NCBI GenBank assembly: GCA_031459915.1
Contig: JAVKHO010000003.1
Coordinates: 32,001-96,000 of the forward strand
Source: Candidatus Tepidifontimicrobium thermophilum
GTDB taxonomy: Bacteria; Sysuimicrobiota; Sysuimicrobiia; Sysuimicrobiales; Sysuimicrobiaceae
Length of the DNA stretch: 64,000 nucleotides
Direction of reading: 5' to 3'
The notes under the pieces are model-generated. The model made no database searches and was not told the origin of the DNA. It saw only the letters and a program-made list of their open reading frames with translations. Position 1 is the first letter of the stretch, and every line of letters starts with the position of its first letter. The translations under genes were made by a program, and so were the position numbers. Below are positions 10,278-19,884 of this stretch, piece after piece.

Positions 10278-11818
10278 GCGCGCCTCCCCAGCGAGCCGGC
10301 CATCCACGCGCCCACGGTCTCAGGATCCGCCTCGTTCCGCGGCACGAGAGCCACGAACCGGCCCTCGTACAGGGCTCCCACTCGGTCGCTGACCGCGAAG
10401 ATCTCGTCCAAGTCCTCTGAGATGAGCAGAACCGCAGCGCCGCGTGCCTTGGCTTCCAGAAGCTGGGCCCGCACGAAGCTAGCCGCCTCCACGTCAAGGC
10501 CCTGGGTGGGCAGGTGAGCGACCAGCAGGCGCGGCTGCCGGGACAGCACCCGGCCGAGCACCAGCTTCTGTAGGTTTCCCCCCGACAGGTGCTGCGCCCG
10601 CACGTACGGGTGGGGAGCTTTCACCCGGAAGGTCGCCAGGATCTGACGGGTCAGCCGTTCCAGGCGGGCCCGGTCCAGCATCCCCCGGGGACAGAACTCC
10701 GGGTCGAAGTGGTAGTTGAGCCCGGTGTTCTCCACGAGGCTGAGGGCCGCTACGCTGGCGACCTCGGTACGTTCCGCGGGCACGTAGCCCAGCCCCAGGC
10801 GCCACCGGTCGAGGGTCGGAAGGTGGGTGACATCGCGGCCCAGCAGGCGCACGCGGCCGGAGACGGCCGGTCGAAGCCCCGCCAGCACCTGAGCCAGCTC
10901 CTCCTGCCCGTTGCCGGTGACCCCCGCTACGCCCACGATCTCGCCCTCGTGTACTGTGAGGGAGACGCCTCGCAGGCTCAGCACCCCCTTGTCGTTGTAC
11001 GCAGACAGGTCCTCCACTTCCAGCACCACGGGGCCGCGATGGTCGGGTGCTTGCACGGTGGGGAGGGTAACCTCCTGGCCCACCATGTGCTGGACCAGTT
11101 CGTGGTCGGTGGTGTCCGACACCGACAGCCGGGCTGCAACGCGGCCAGCGCGGAGCACCGTGACGGTTCGGGCCACCGCGCGCACCACGGGCAGCTTGTG
11201 GGTGACCAGAACCACGGTGACGCCGTCCTGGTCCACGAGGGCGCGCAGCGCCCGCAGCAGGGCCTGTACCTCCGGGGGCGTCAGGGCGGAGGTCGGCTCG
11301 TCCAGGATCAGAATGCGGACCCCCGCGTACAGGGCCTTCAGGATCTCCACCCACTGCTTCTCGCCTTCCGACAGCTGCCACACGCGGGCTCCCAGGTCCA
11401 CGTGGACACCGTACCGGGCACACAGGGCCTCGAGCTCCTGACGGGCCCGGCGCAGGTCTAGCAGCCCCCGGGCCCTGGGGTGACCCAGGACCAGGTTCTC
11501 CAGTACCGTGTGGGCAGGGACCAGTCTGCGGGTCTGGTGAACCATCCCGATGCCAGACGCCAGCGCGTCGTGGGGCGAGCGGAAGCGAACGCGTCGGCCG
11601 CGCAGGTACACTTCTCCCTCGTCCGGGTGGATCAGCCCGAAGAGGATGTTCATGAGGGTGGTCTTGCCGGCTCCGTTCTGACCTAGCACCGCGTGGACTT
11701 CCCCCTCCGCCACCTCGAGATCCACGCGGTCCAGGGCCCGGACCCCGGGGAAGGACTTGCTGATTCCCCGGGCGGCGAGAACAGGTGGGGGTGTGCGGTG
11801 CTCCAGCTCCGGCGTCAC
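10274..11818 (-). CDS. ABC transporter ATP-binding protein (duplicated NBD, NupA-like)
   Basis: GQNGAGKTT, LILDEPT, LSGGNLQK, LLISEDLDE. Confidence 0.95.
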   Translation of the reverse strand: MTPELEHRTPPPVLAARGISKSFPGVRALDRVDLEVAEGEVHAVLGQNGAGKTTLMNILFGLIHPDEGEVYLRGRRVRFRSPHDALASGIGMVHQTRRLVPAHTVLENLVLGHPRARGLLDLRRARQELEALCARYGVHVDLGARVWQLSEGEKQWVEILKALYAGVRILILDEPTSALTPPEVQALLRALRALVDQDGVTVVLVTHKLPVVRAVARTVTVLRAGRVAARLSVSDTTDHELVQHMVGQEVTLPTVQAPDHRGPVVLEVEDLSAYNDKGVLSLRGVSLTVHEGEIVGVAGVTGNGQEELAQVLAGLRPAVSGRVRLLGRDVTHLPTLDRWRLGLGYVPAERTEVASVAALSLVENTGLNYHFDPEFCPRGMLDRARLERLTRQILATFRVKAPHPYVRAQHLSGGNLQKLVLGRVLSRQPRLLVAHLPTQGLDVEAASFVRAQLLEAKARGAAVLLISEDLDEIFAVSDRVGALYEGRFVALVPRNEADPETVGAWMAGSLGRRA

Positions 11819-11825
11819 GGTCTGA

Positions 11826-11857
11826 CGGGGGCCGCGCCCGGCCGGGCGCGGCCCCCG
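11826..11857. repeat. Perfect 32-bp GC palindrome between binding-protein and ATPase genes
   Basis: CGGGGGCCGCGCCCGGCCGGGCGCGGCCCCCG equals its reverse complement. Confidence 0.85.
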
Positions 11858-11863
11858 GGGGGT

Positions 11864-13120
11864 TCACTTCAGGACGTTCAAACCGTTCAGGTCGAAGTTG
11901 AACTTCGACAGCAGCCACTCGTCGGTGGGCGTCTGCCCCGCCGGCTTCACCACGGTACCCTTCGGCGGGATGGGGGTCCCCGGGAGCGCTAGCCCGGTCC
12001 CGTTGCTCACCAGGGCGTGCACCTGGAAGGGGTCCCACTGCCCTCTGCGCATCTGCTCCCGCCGCTGAACCACCAGCCGCACGATGGACTCGGGGATCTG
12101 CCGGCGCGCCTTGGGGCTGATCGCGTCCACGCCCACCTTCTTGTTGTTCATGATGTCCACGGTGGACACCACGGTCCCGTCCGCGAGGGTCATGGTGTCC
12201 CGCATCCCGAGGTACAGGAGGTTGCGCGGGCTGCGGTTGCCCGCCAGGTAGTCCCGCACCATCCGGTCGTACAGGACCTCCCACCGGGTGTCGAAGGACA
12301 CCGCTACCGTGTCCGTGTTGGACCAGCCGTAGAAGCCCACGATGTCCATGTCCTTCCCCACGAACCAGATCCCTCGCTGCTGCGCTACGTCCAGGGGCGA
12401 GCCGGAGTCCGTCTGTTGGGTGAGGACGTCCACCCTGTACTGCGTGACCAGGGTCGTGGCCACCTCCCGCTCCTCCGTGGGCTTGTACCAGTCTCCCACG
12501 TACTTCACGTACACGTTCACGCGCTTTCCCAAGGCACGGGCGGCGTCCTGCACGCCCAGGAAGAATCCCGCGGTGCGCCGGAGCACCTGGACGTTGGGGA
12601 AGGCGGAGACCACGCCCACGTTACCGGTCCGGGTCAGGGCGCCCGCAATCAGCCCCTCCAGGTACAGCGCCTGGTACTGGCGGGGGAAGAACCGGATGAA
12701 GTTGGTCTTGCGGCTGACGTCGCTCGCCACCACGGAGCCGAAGTACACGTTGGGGTACTTGTCCGCGATGTCCTTCAGGGGCAGGCCCATGAACTCCGCG
12801 TTGCCGACCACGATGTTGGCTCCCTGACGGATGAGCTCCTCCGCGTACGGGACCGTCAGGTCCGGTCCGACCTCCTCGCGGTACACGTACTTGACGTTGG
12901 GGTACTTCTGCGCGATGCGCTGGCCCGCTCGGTGATGCGCACCCGACCATGTGGTGCCCTTGATGACGCTGAAGTGAAGGATGGCCAGGGTGACGGTGGG
13001 CGGGGCCGCGGACGCGGAGTGCACGTGCCACAGGGAACCTACGGCCAGCACGAGGACCAGGGCCACGGCTGAGGCCCGGAGCCAGGCGCGCGGAGCGCTC
13101 GAACAGGTGTGCCGATCCAT
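11864..13120 (-). CDS. BMP-family ABC substrate-binding protein
   Basis: Signal peptide ending ASA, W...H..A, YLEGLIAGALT..G.VG, GDWY.P..E; ATG 13120 chosen as start. Confidence 0.88.
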   Translation of the reverse strand: MDRHTCSSAPRAWLRASAVALVLVLAVGSLWHVHSASAAPPTVTLAILHFSVIKGTTWSGAHHRAGQRIAQKYPNVKYVYREEVGPDLTVPYAEELIRQGANIVVGNAEFMGLPLKDIADKYPNVYFGSVVASDVSRKTNFIRFFPRQYQALYLEGLIAGALTRTGNVGVVSAFPNVQVLRRTAGFFLGVQDAARALGKRVNVYVKYVGDWYKPTEEREVATTLVTQYRVDVLTQQTDSGSPLDVAQQRGIWFVGKDMDIVGFYGWSNTDTVAVSFDTRWEVLYDRMVRDYLAGNRSPRNLLYLGMRDTMTLADGTVVSTVDIMNNKKVGVDAISPKARRQIPESIVRLVVQRREQMRRGQWDPFQVHALVSNGTGLALPGTPIPPKGTVVKPAGQTPTDEWLLSKFNFDLNGLNVLK

Positions 13121-13277
13121 GGCTGCCCCCCAGAAATGCGAGGCTCGCCGGCGAGCCGCCGGCGGCAAGACGCGGCCTAGATTCTTCGCAGGCGCGCGGT
13201 TCTCCTCCTACGGCGAGAGGGCTCGATGGACAGCGGGTCGAATCCACGCACGCAGGAACGCGTTCCATGGGAGTGCC

Positions 13278-15035
13278 ATGCCGGTTCTCGCGCGGGTCCG
13301 CAGAGGCAGCTACCACGATTCGGTGGCCCTGCTGCAGGCGCAGCAGGCGCTCCGACAGATGCCGGGGGTGGAAGAGGCGGGGGTGGTCATGGCCACGCCC
13401 GCCAACCTCGCGTTGCTCCGGGGGGCAGGCCTGGACGCGCCGGAGCTCCAGGGGGCGGGGCCGGACGACCTGGTGGCGGTGGTCCGGGCGCGGACGCAGG
13501 CGGAGGGTGAGCGGGCGCTGGAACGCCTGGACGAGTTGCTGTCGCCGCGGGGGCCAGCCGGGGGCGCACCCTACCGGCCCCGCACGGTCCGGACGGCGGT
13601 GCGTGCCCTCCCGGGGGCCAACGTGGCCGTGGTGTCCGTACCGGGCCGGTTCGCGGCAGCCGTGGCGGAGGAGGCCCTGCGGGAAGGGCTCCACGTCTTC
13701 CTGTTCAGCGACAACGTGGCGCTGGAGGAGGAGGTGCGGCTCAAGCGCCTCGCGGCCGAGCGAGGGCTTCTCGTGATGGGGCCCGACTGCGGGACCGCCC
13801 TAGTGGCCGGAGCAGGGTTGGGGTTCGCCAACGCGGTCCGTCGCGGCCGTGTGGGAATCGTGGCCGCCTCGGGCACAGGCCTCCAGGAGGTGGCGTGCCT
13901 GGTGCACCGCTGGGGTAGCGGGATCTCCCACGGCCTGGGCACGGGCGGGCGTGACCTGTCCGACGCAGTGGGAGGGGCGAGCTTCGCCACAGCCCTTGCA
14001 GCCCTGGCGGAGGACCCTGGTACCGACGTGGTCGTGCTCCTGTCCAAGCCGCCGTCCCCTCACGTGGCGAGGCAGGTGCTCGCGTTGGCCCGGAGGTGCG
14101 AAAAGCCGGTGGTGGTGAACTTCCTGGGTGCGCAGCCACCGCCTCAGGTGGGGAACCTGTACTTCGCGTCGACCCTGGAGGAGGCGGCACGCTTGGCGGT
14201 CCGGCTTTCTGGTGGGCACCCACCCGCGGAGGCCGAGCTCGAGCCGGAGGCGGTGCCGTGGGCTGCGGGGCAGCGGTGGCTTCGGGGTCTGTTCGTGGGG
14301 GGCAGCCTGTGCGCGGAGGCCCAGCTGGTGCTGCGGGGGAGTCTGGGCCGGGTGTGGTCCAACGTCCCTCTCAGCCCGGACGCGCGGCTACCGGACCCGC
14401 TGGTGAGCCGGGAGCACACCGTGGTGGACTTAGGGTCCGACGAGTTCACCGTGGGGCGGCTGCACCCCATGCTGGACCCGTCCGTGCGCAGCCAAAGGCT
14501 GTTGCACGAGGCGCGGGATGCGGAGGTGGCGGTCCTGCTCGTGGACGTGGTTTTGGGCTTCGGAGCGCACCCGGACCCCGCGGGCGAGCTCGCACAGGCG
14601 TGGGAGGAGGCGGTGGGTACCGCCCGGAGGGCGGGCCGGGAGCTGGTGTGCGTGGCCTCGGTGTGCGGGACGGAGCTGGACCCGCAGCCGCACGGGAGCC
14701 AGGTGGAGCGGCTGCGGGGAGGTGGGGTGGTGGTGGCGCCCACCAACGCCGCGGCGGCCCGGATGGCGGGAGCCCTGTGCGGCCGGTCGGAGCCCCGGGG
14801 AGAAGCGGGGCCGCTGCCGCCCGTGGACCTCCCGGACGGAGAGGGTCGGACCCACGGAGTCCCCGCGGCGGTTCGGGAGCTCCTCCGAGGGCCAGTTCGG
14901 GCCGTTAACGTGGGCCTGGAGTCGTTCGCGCAGAGCCTGCAGTCGCAGGGCGTTCCGGTGGTGTCCGTGGACTGGAAGCCACCCGCGGCAGGCGATGCGG
15001 AGCTGCTGGAGCTGCTGTCGCGGCTGGGCGGCTGA
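13278..15035 (+). CDS. fdrA: FdrA/AllF family acyl-CoA synthetase-like protein
   Basis: SYHDSVALL, VMATPAN, FLFSDNV, MGPDCGTA, ASGTGLQE, GTGGRDLS, DLG.DEFT.GR.HPMLDP, C-terminal NVGLESFA..L...DWKPPA. Confidence 0.92.
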   Translation: MPVLARVRRGSYHDSVALLQAQQALRQMPGVEEAGVVMATPANLALLRGAGLDAPELQGAGPDDLVAVVRARTQAEGERALERLDELLSPRGPAGGAPYRPRTVRTAVRALPGANVAVVSVPGRFAAAVAEEALREGLHVFLFSDNVALEEEVRLKRLAAERGLLVMGPDCGTALVAGAGLGFANAVRRGRVGIVAASGTGLQEVACLVHRWGSGISHGLGTGGRDLSDAVGGASFATALAALAEDPGTDVVVLLSKPPSPHVARQVLALARRCEKPVVVNFLGAQPPPQVGNLYFASTLEEAARLAVRLSGGHPPAEAELEPEAVPWAAGQRWLRGLFVGGSLCAEAQLVLRGSLGRVWSNVPLSPDARLPDPLVSREHTVVDLGSDEFTVGRLHPMLDPSVRSQRLLHEARDAEVAVLLVDVVLGFGAHPDPAGELAQAWEEAVGTARRAGRELVCVASVCGTELDPQPHGSQVERLRGGGVVVAPTNAAAARMAGALCGRSEPRGEAGPLPPVDLPDGEGRTHGVPAAVRELLRGPVRAVNVGLESFAQSLQSQGVPVVSVDWKPPAAGDAELLELLSRLGG

Positions 15036-15139
15036 ACGTCCCCGAGGGTTCAGGTTAAGATGGGGAGGGCCCGGCTCCGGAGGCCCACCGGGCCCGCGCT
15101 CCGCTTGACGCGGACTTTCCCGGGACGTGGAGGCGACCC

Positions 15140-16381
15140 ATGGACGTGGACGCGGCCAACGACGTGGTGGTGCGGAGGATCCTGGATGCGCACCCTGTGC
15201 TGGTCGGCGTGGGCAGGGCCCTGGACGTGGTCCCGGGCATGCGGAAGGATCTCATCCTGCACGCGGGCCCCCCAGTCACCTGGGACCGCATGTGCGGTCC
15301 GCTTCGCGGGGCGGTTATCGGCGCGCTGCTGTACGAGGGCATGGCCCGGGACGAGCGGGAGGCCGTGGAGCTGGCGGCCTCCGGCGCGGTGCGGTTCGAG
15401 CCCTGCCACCACCACGCGGCCGTGGGCCCCATGGCGGGGGTGACTTCCGCGTCCATGCCCGTCTACATCGTGGAGAACCGCACGCACGGCAACCGCGCGT
15501 ACTCCAACTTCAACGAGGGGTACGGCCGGGTGCTGCGGTACGGCGCGTACGCGCCGGAGGTCCTGGATCGGCTCCGGTGGATCAACGAGACCGTGGCGCC
15601 CGCGCTCGGACAGGCGCTTCAGCGCATGGGCGGGCTGGACATGAAGGCGACCATCGCCCGGCAGCTCACCATGGGGGACGAAGGGCACAACCGGAACGTG
15701 GCGGGCTCCAGCCTCTTTGCCCGCCAGCTGGCCCCTGCCCTGGCGGACTGTGGCCTTGCCCGAGACGAGCTGAGGGGCGTGCTCCGCTACCTGGCGGAGA
15801 ACGACCTCGCCATCCTCAACCCGGTGATGGCGGCCTGCAAGGCCACCCTGGACGCAGCCCACGGGGTCACGGGGTCCAGCGTGGTCACCTGTATGGCCCG
15901 GAACGGCACGGAGTTCGGGATCCGGGTCTCCGGCCTGGGAGACCGGTGGTTCACCGCCCCGGCCCCAGTGCCGAAAGGGCTGTACTTCCCGGGCTTCCGG
16001 GAGGAGGACGCCAACCCCGACATCGGCGACTCCACCATCACGGAGACGGCGGGGATCGGTGCCTTTGCCATGGCCGCGGCACCCGCCATCGTGAAGTTCG
16101 TGGGGGGAACCCCGCAGGACGCCCTCGCCGCCACCCTGGAGATGTACGAGATCACCTTGACGGAGAATCCTGCCTTCGCCATCCCCCAGCTGGACTTCCG
16201 GGGAACTCCTACGGCCATCGACGTCCGGAAGGTGGTGCGGACCGGGATCACGCCCAGGGTCAACACGGGCATCGCCCACCGCGAGCCCGGCGTCGGGCAG
16301 ATCGGCGCCGGCCTGGTGCGGCCGCCCGTGGCGCCCTTCCAGGAGGCCCTCCGCGCACTAGCGGAGCTGGTTTCCCCATGA
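15140..16381 (+). CDS. ylbE: DUF1116 family protein (YlbE/AllG/YahG-like)
   Basis: LHAGPP..W..MCGP.RGA, PCHHH.AVGPMAG, MGDEGHNRN, ARNG.EFGIR, DIGDS.ITET.G.G. Confidence 0.92.
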   Translation: MDVDAANDVVVRRILDAHPVLVGVGRALDVVPGMRKDLILHAGPPVTWDRMCGPLRGAVIGALLYEGMARDEREAVELAASGAVRFEPCHHHAAVGPMAGVTSASMPVYIVENRTHGNRAYSNFNEGYGRVLRYGAYAPEVLDRLRWINETVAPALGQALQRMGGLDMKATIARQLTMGDEGHNRNVAGSSLFARQLAPALADCGLARDELRGVLRYLAENDLAILNPVMAACKATLDAAHGVTGSSVVTCMARNGTEFGIRVSGLGDRWFTAPAPVPKGLYFPGFREEDANPDIGDSTITETAGIGAFAMAAAPAIVKFVGGTPQDALAATLEMYEITLTENPAFAIPQLDFRGTPTAIDVRKVVRTGITPRVNTGIAHREPGVGQIGAGLVRPPVAPFQEALRALAELVSP

Positions 16382-17892
16382 GCGCACCCCTGGTCCGGCT
16401 GCGGGGCGTGTACAAGCGCTTCGGGCCCGTGGTGGCTCTGGACGGCGCGGACTTCGAGCTTGCCGCGGGTGAGATCCACGGGCTGTTGGGGGAGAACGGC
16501 GCGGGCAAGACCACCCTGATGAACGTGCTGGCGGGGCTGTACCGGGCGGACGCGGGCGACTTGGAAGTCGCCGGCCGTCCCGTCAGTATCCGGGAGCCCC
16601 GGGACGCGGTCCGGCTGGGCGTCGGGATGGTCCACCAGCATTTCGAGCTGGTGGGCCACTTCACCGCCCTGGAGAACGTGATCCTGGGCCGGGAGGGAAG
16701 CGGCTGGCTCCGACGGGAGCGGCTGCGGCGGGAGGTGGAGGCCCTTATGGAGCGGGTGGGCCTCGCGATCCCCCTGGACCGGCGTGTCCGCGACCTCCCG
16801 GTGGGCGTCCGGCAGAAGGTGGAGATCCTGAAAGCCCTGTACCGCGGCGCGCGCGTGCTGATCCTGGACGAACCCACCACCCTGCTGACCCCGCAGGAGG
16901 TGGACGCGCTGTTCGCGTCCCTCCGGACGCTGGTGGACGCCGGTGTGTCCGTGGTGTTCATCACCCACAAGCTGCAGGAGGTCCTCCGGAGCTGCGACCG
17001 CGTCACCGTGATGCGGCGAGGGCGCCGCGTGGTCACGGTAAATCGGCAGGAGGCGGACCCCGTACGGCTGGTGGAGTGGATGGTGGGCACCGCCCCTCCG
17101 CCCCCTCCGGCCCGGGAGGCTACCCGTCCGGGCAGCCCGGTCCTGGAGCTGGAGGCGGTGCGGGTGGTGGATCAGCGGGGCGTGGCGGTCCTCGACGGCT
17201 GCAGCCTGGCCGTCTGCGAGGGTGAGTTGGTGGGCGTGGCGGGGGTCAGCGGGAACGGCCAGCAGGCCCTGGCCGCGGTGGTGGCGGGCACCGCGCGGCC
17301 GGCGGCGGGCGTGCTGCGGATCCGAGGTCGGCCCGCGGCGCGGCACGGGGTGCTGGACCGCATGGGGGCGGGGGTGTTGAGCATCCCCGAGGACCGCCTG
17401 AGGGACGGGATCCTGCCGCGGATGAGCGTGGCGGAGAACGTGATCCTCGGACGGCACCGCCTGTACTTCCCGGGTGTCCGCTACGACCCGGAGACGAGCC
17501 GTCGGCTGGCCCGCCACGCCATCGAGGAGTTCCGCATCGTCTGCCCGGGACCCGACGCGGCCGCGGGCCAGCTCAGCGGGGGCAACCTTCAGAGGCTGAT
17601 CGCCGCGCGGGTGTTCCACGCCGCACGGGAGCGTGAGGCCCGGCTGCTGGTGGCCCACAACCCCACCCGAGGTCTGGACGTGCCGTCCACCGAGTTCCTG
17701 CACGCGCGGCTCGTGGAGTTCTGCGGCAAGGGTGGCGCGGTACTGCTGATCTCGGAGGACCTGGACGAGCTGCTGAAGCTGGCGGACCGCATCGTGGTGC
17801 TGTACCGAGGCCGTGTGGTGGCGCAGTTTCCGAAAGACCAGTTCGACCGCTACGCCATCGGGCGGGCCATGACGGGGGGCGTGCTGGCTTGA
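16378..17892 (+). CDS. ABC transporter ATP-binding protein (duplicated NBD)
   Basis: GENGAGKTT, LILDEPT, LSGGNLQR, ISEDLDE; ATG overlaps the ylbE stop. Confidence 0.93.
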   Translation: MSAPLVRLRGVYKRFGPVVALDGADFELAAGEIHGLLGENGAGKTTLMNVLAGLYRADAGDLEVAGRPVSIREPRDAVRLGVGMVHQHFELVGHFTALENVILGREGSGWLRRERLRREVEALMERVGLAIPLDRRVRDLPVGVRQKVEILKALYRGARVLILDEPTTLLTPQEVDALFASLRTLVDAGVSVVFITHKLQEVLRSCDRVTVMRRGRRVVTVNRQEADPVRLVEWMVGTAPPPPPAREATRPGSPVLELEAVRVVDQRGVAVLDGCSLAVCEGELVGVAGVSGNGQQALAAVVAGTARPAAGVLRIRGRPAARHGVLDRMGAGVLSIPEDRLRDGILPRMSVAENVILGRHRLYFPGVRYDPETSRRLARHAIEEFRIVCPGPDAAAGQLSGGNLQRLIAARVFHAAREREARLLVAHNPTRGLDVPSTEFLHARLVEFCGKGGAVLLISEDLDELLKLADRIVVLYRGRVVAQFPKDQFDRYAIGRAMTGGVLA

Positions 17893-18923
17893 CCACGGAG
17901 GCGGCAGCGCGTGGCCGCTGGCAGGTGGTGTGGCCGTACGCGGGGGCCCTGGCCATCGCCCTCGCTCTCCTGGCCGCCCTGGTGGCCATGCTGGGAGGAG
18001 ACGCCGCCCAGGCCCTGGCGGGCCTCGTGCGCTCTTCCCTGGGCAGTGGCGCGGGGCTGGGCCAGACTTTCAATAAGACCACGCCGCTGCTGCTCGGCAG
18101 CCTGGCAGTGATCCTGGGGCTGCGGGGCGGCGTGTTCAACATCGGGGTGGACGGACAGATCTACGCGGGCGCGGTGGCTGCCACGGGGGCGGCCTTCGTC
18201 TTGTCCGCAGGGCCGAAGACCGCGGTCCTGCCGGCGGTGTTGCTGGCGGGCTTGGCGGGCGGAGCCGTGTGGGGCTCGCTACCGGGCGTGCTGCGGGCGC
18301 GGCTGGGGGTCAGCGAGATCTTCGTCACGGTCATGCTGAACTTCGTGGCGGTGTTCCTGGTGGAGTACCTGAGCACCGGACCGTGGAATGACCCCACCGC
18401 GGGGGAGGCCATCACCCGGGCCATTCCCCCGCAGGCCACCCTGCCCTACCTCTGGCCCCGCGCCGGTGCCCATGCGGGGATCCTCCTGGCCCTGGCGGCG
18501 GCGGCGGGGGTGTGGTGGTTGCTGTTCCGGACGGTCTTCGGCTACGAGCTGCGGGCTGCGGGAGACAATCCCTCCGCGGCGCTTTTGGGTGGCGTGCCCG
18601 TGCGTCGGGCGGTGGGCCTCGCCCTGGTGGCCAGCGGAGCGCTGGCGGGGCTGGCGGGCGCGGTGGAGGTGAGCGGGTTCCACTACCGGCTCATCCTGGG
18701 GCTTTCACCGGGCTACGGCATGATGGCCATCCTGATCGCGGTCCTCAGCCGGCGCCACCCGCTGCTGGCGGTGCCGGCCGCGATGGGTTTCGCGGCCCTC
18801 TTGGTGGGGACGGACTCCCTGCAGCGGAGCGTGGGACTGCCGGCCAGCGCGGTGTTCGTGGTGCAGGCGGTGGTGTTGTTGGTCCTGCTGGCTACGGAGG
18901 GCGTGCGGCGAGGTGGGCCATGA
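17889..18923 (+). CDS. ABC transporter permease (NupB-like)
   Basis: FNIGVDGQ, VSEIFVTVMLN, GYELRAAG.NP. Confidence 0.9.
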   Translation: MTTEAAARGRWQVVWPYAGALAIALALLAALVAMLGGDAAQALAGLVRSSLGSGAGLGQTFNKTTPLLLGSLAVILGLRGGVFNIGVDGQIYAGAVAATGAAFVLSAGPKTAVLPAVLLAGLAGGAVWGSLPGVLRARLGVSEIFVTVMLNFVAVFLVEYLSTGPWNDPTAGEAITRAIPPQATLPYLWPRAGAHAGILLALAAAAGVWWLLFRTVFGYELRAAGDNPSAALLGGVPVRRAVGLALVASGALAGLAGAVEVSGFHYRLILGLSPGYGMMAILIAVLSRRHPLLAVPAAMGFAALLVGTDSLQRSVGLPASAVFVVQAVVLLVLLATEGVRRGGP

Positions 18924-19858
18924 GCTGGGAGCTCTTCCTGGACCCCTCCCTGCTCCGCCTGGCGGTGGCCATGTCGGTGCCCCTGGTGCTGGCCAGCGCG
19001 GGCGAGCTCCTCATGGAGCGCTCCGGGCTGCTGAATGTGGCCATCGAGGGCATGGTAACGCTGGGGGCAGCGGCGGCGTTTCTGGCCAGCTTCGCCGCGG
19101 GGAGCACCGGGCTGGGGATGCTGGCCGCGGCGCTGTCCGGGGTGGTCGTGGCGGCGGTGTTCGCCCACTACGCGGTGGCGTGGAGGCAGGAGCAGGTGAC
19201 CGTGGGCCTCACCCTCTACGTCCTGTGCCTGGGCCTGTCGTCCCTCCTGTACCGTGTGGTGGTGGGCGTCCGGCTCACGCCTCCGCGGGTGGAGACCCTG
19301 CAACCGGTGGTGCTTCCGGTTCTGGGATGGCTTCCCGTGGTGGGCGAGGTGTTGTTCCACCAGCACGCCCTGGTCTACCTGTCGGCCGCCGTGGTGGCGG
19401 TGGTGCACCTGGTCCTCTTCCGAACGAGCCTGGGGCTGCGGCTGCGGGCGGTGGGGGAGAACCCCGTGGCTGCGGACACGGTGGGTGTGGACGTGTTCCG
19501 TCTGCGGAAGGCGGCGGCAGCAGCGGGTGGAGCTCTGGTGGGGCTGGCGGGTGCCAGCCTCCCCTTCACCCTGACGGGGACCTTCACGGAGGGGATCGCG
19601 GGCGGACGGGGGTGGATCGCCCTGATGCTGGTGATCTTCGGCCGGTGGACGCCGGTGGGGGCCGCCGCGGGGGCCCTGCTGTTCGCGTACGTGGAGGCGC
19701 TGCAGTTCAAGCTGGCCATGGTCAGCCGGGCGGTTCCGCCTCAGTTCCTGCAGATGTTGCCCTACGCGTTCGCGGTGGCGGTGCTGGTCCGCGCCTCCCG
19801 CGGTGCGCGGGCACCGGAGGCGCTCGGGAAGCCGTACCACCGGGAGGCGCGTGCGTAG
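18920..19858 (+). CDS. ABC transporter permease (NupC-like)
   Basis: GELLMERSGLLNVAIEG, LRAVGENP.AADT.G, GRGWIAL, MLPY, PEALGKPY. Confidence 0.9.
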   Translation: MSWELFLDPSLLRLAVAMSVPLVLASAGELLMERSGLLNVAIEGMVTLGAAAAFLASFAAGSTGLGMLAAALSGVVVAAVFAHYAVAWRQEQVTVGLTLYVLCLGLSSLLYRVVVGVRLTPPRVETLQPVVLPVLGWLPVVGEVLFHQHALVYLSAAVVAVVHLVLFRTSLGLRLRAVGENPVAADTVGVDVFRLRKAAAAAGGALVGLAGASLPFTLTGTFTEGIAGGRGWIALMLVIFGRWTPVGAAAGALLFAYVEALQFKLAMVSRAVPPQFLQMLPYAFAVAVLVRASRGARAPEALGKPYHREARA

Positions 19859-19884
19859 GGGACCAACCCGAAGGAGGTGGTGAC

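Noticed and set aside
13142..13266. Palindromes GGCTCGCCGGCGAGCC and GGAACGCGTTCC in the BMP/fdrA divergent gap as a shared operator with the coxL upstream region
   Set aside because: Similarity to 35345-35370 is weak, no regulator is adjacent, and GC palindromes are frequent here
15100..15128. RNase P RNA (minus-strand GGGAAAGTCCG resembles GAGGAAAGTCC)
   Set aside because: The gap is about 100 nt, far too short, and other conserved elements are missing
15127..17892. 921-aa ABC ATPase fusion, and similar N-terminal extensions at 8266-10497, 18913-20865, 32555-34762 and 38314-40179
   Set aside because: The extensions are low-complexity Gly/Arg/Pro frames overlapping the upstream gene; real starts sit at stop/start overlaps or after an SD
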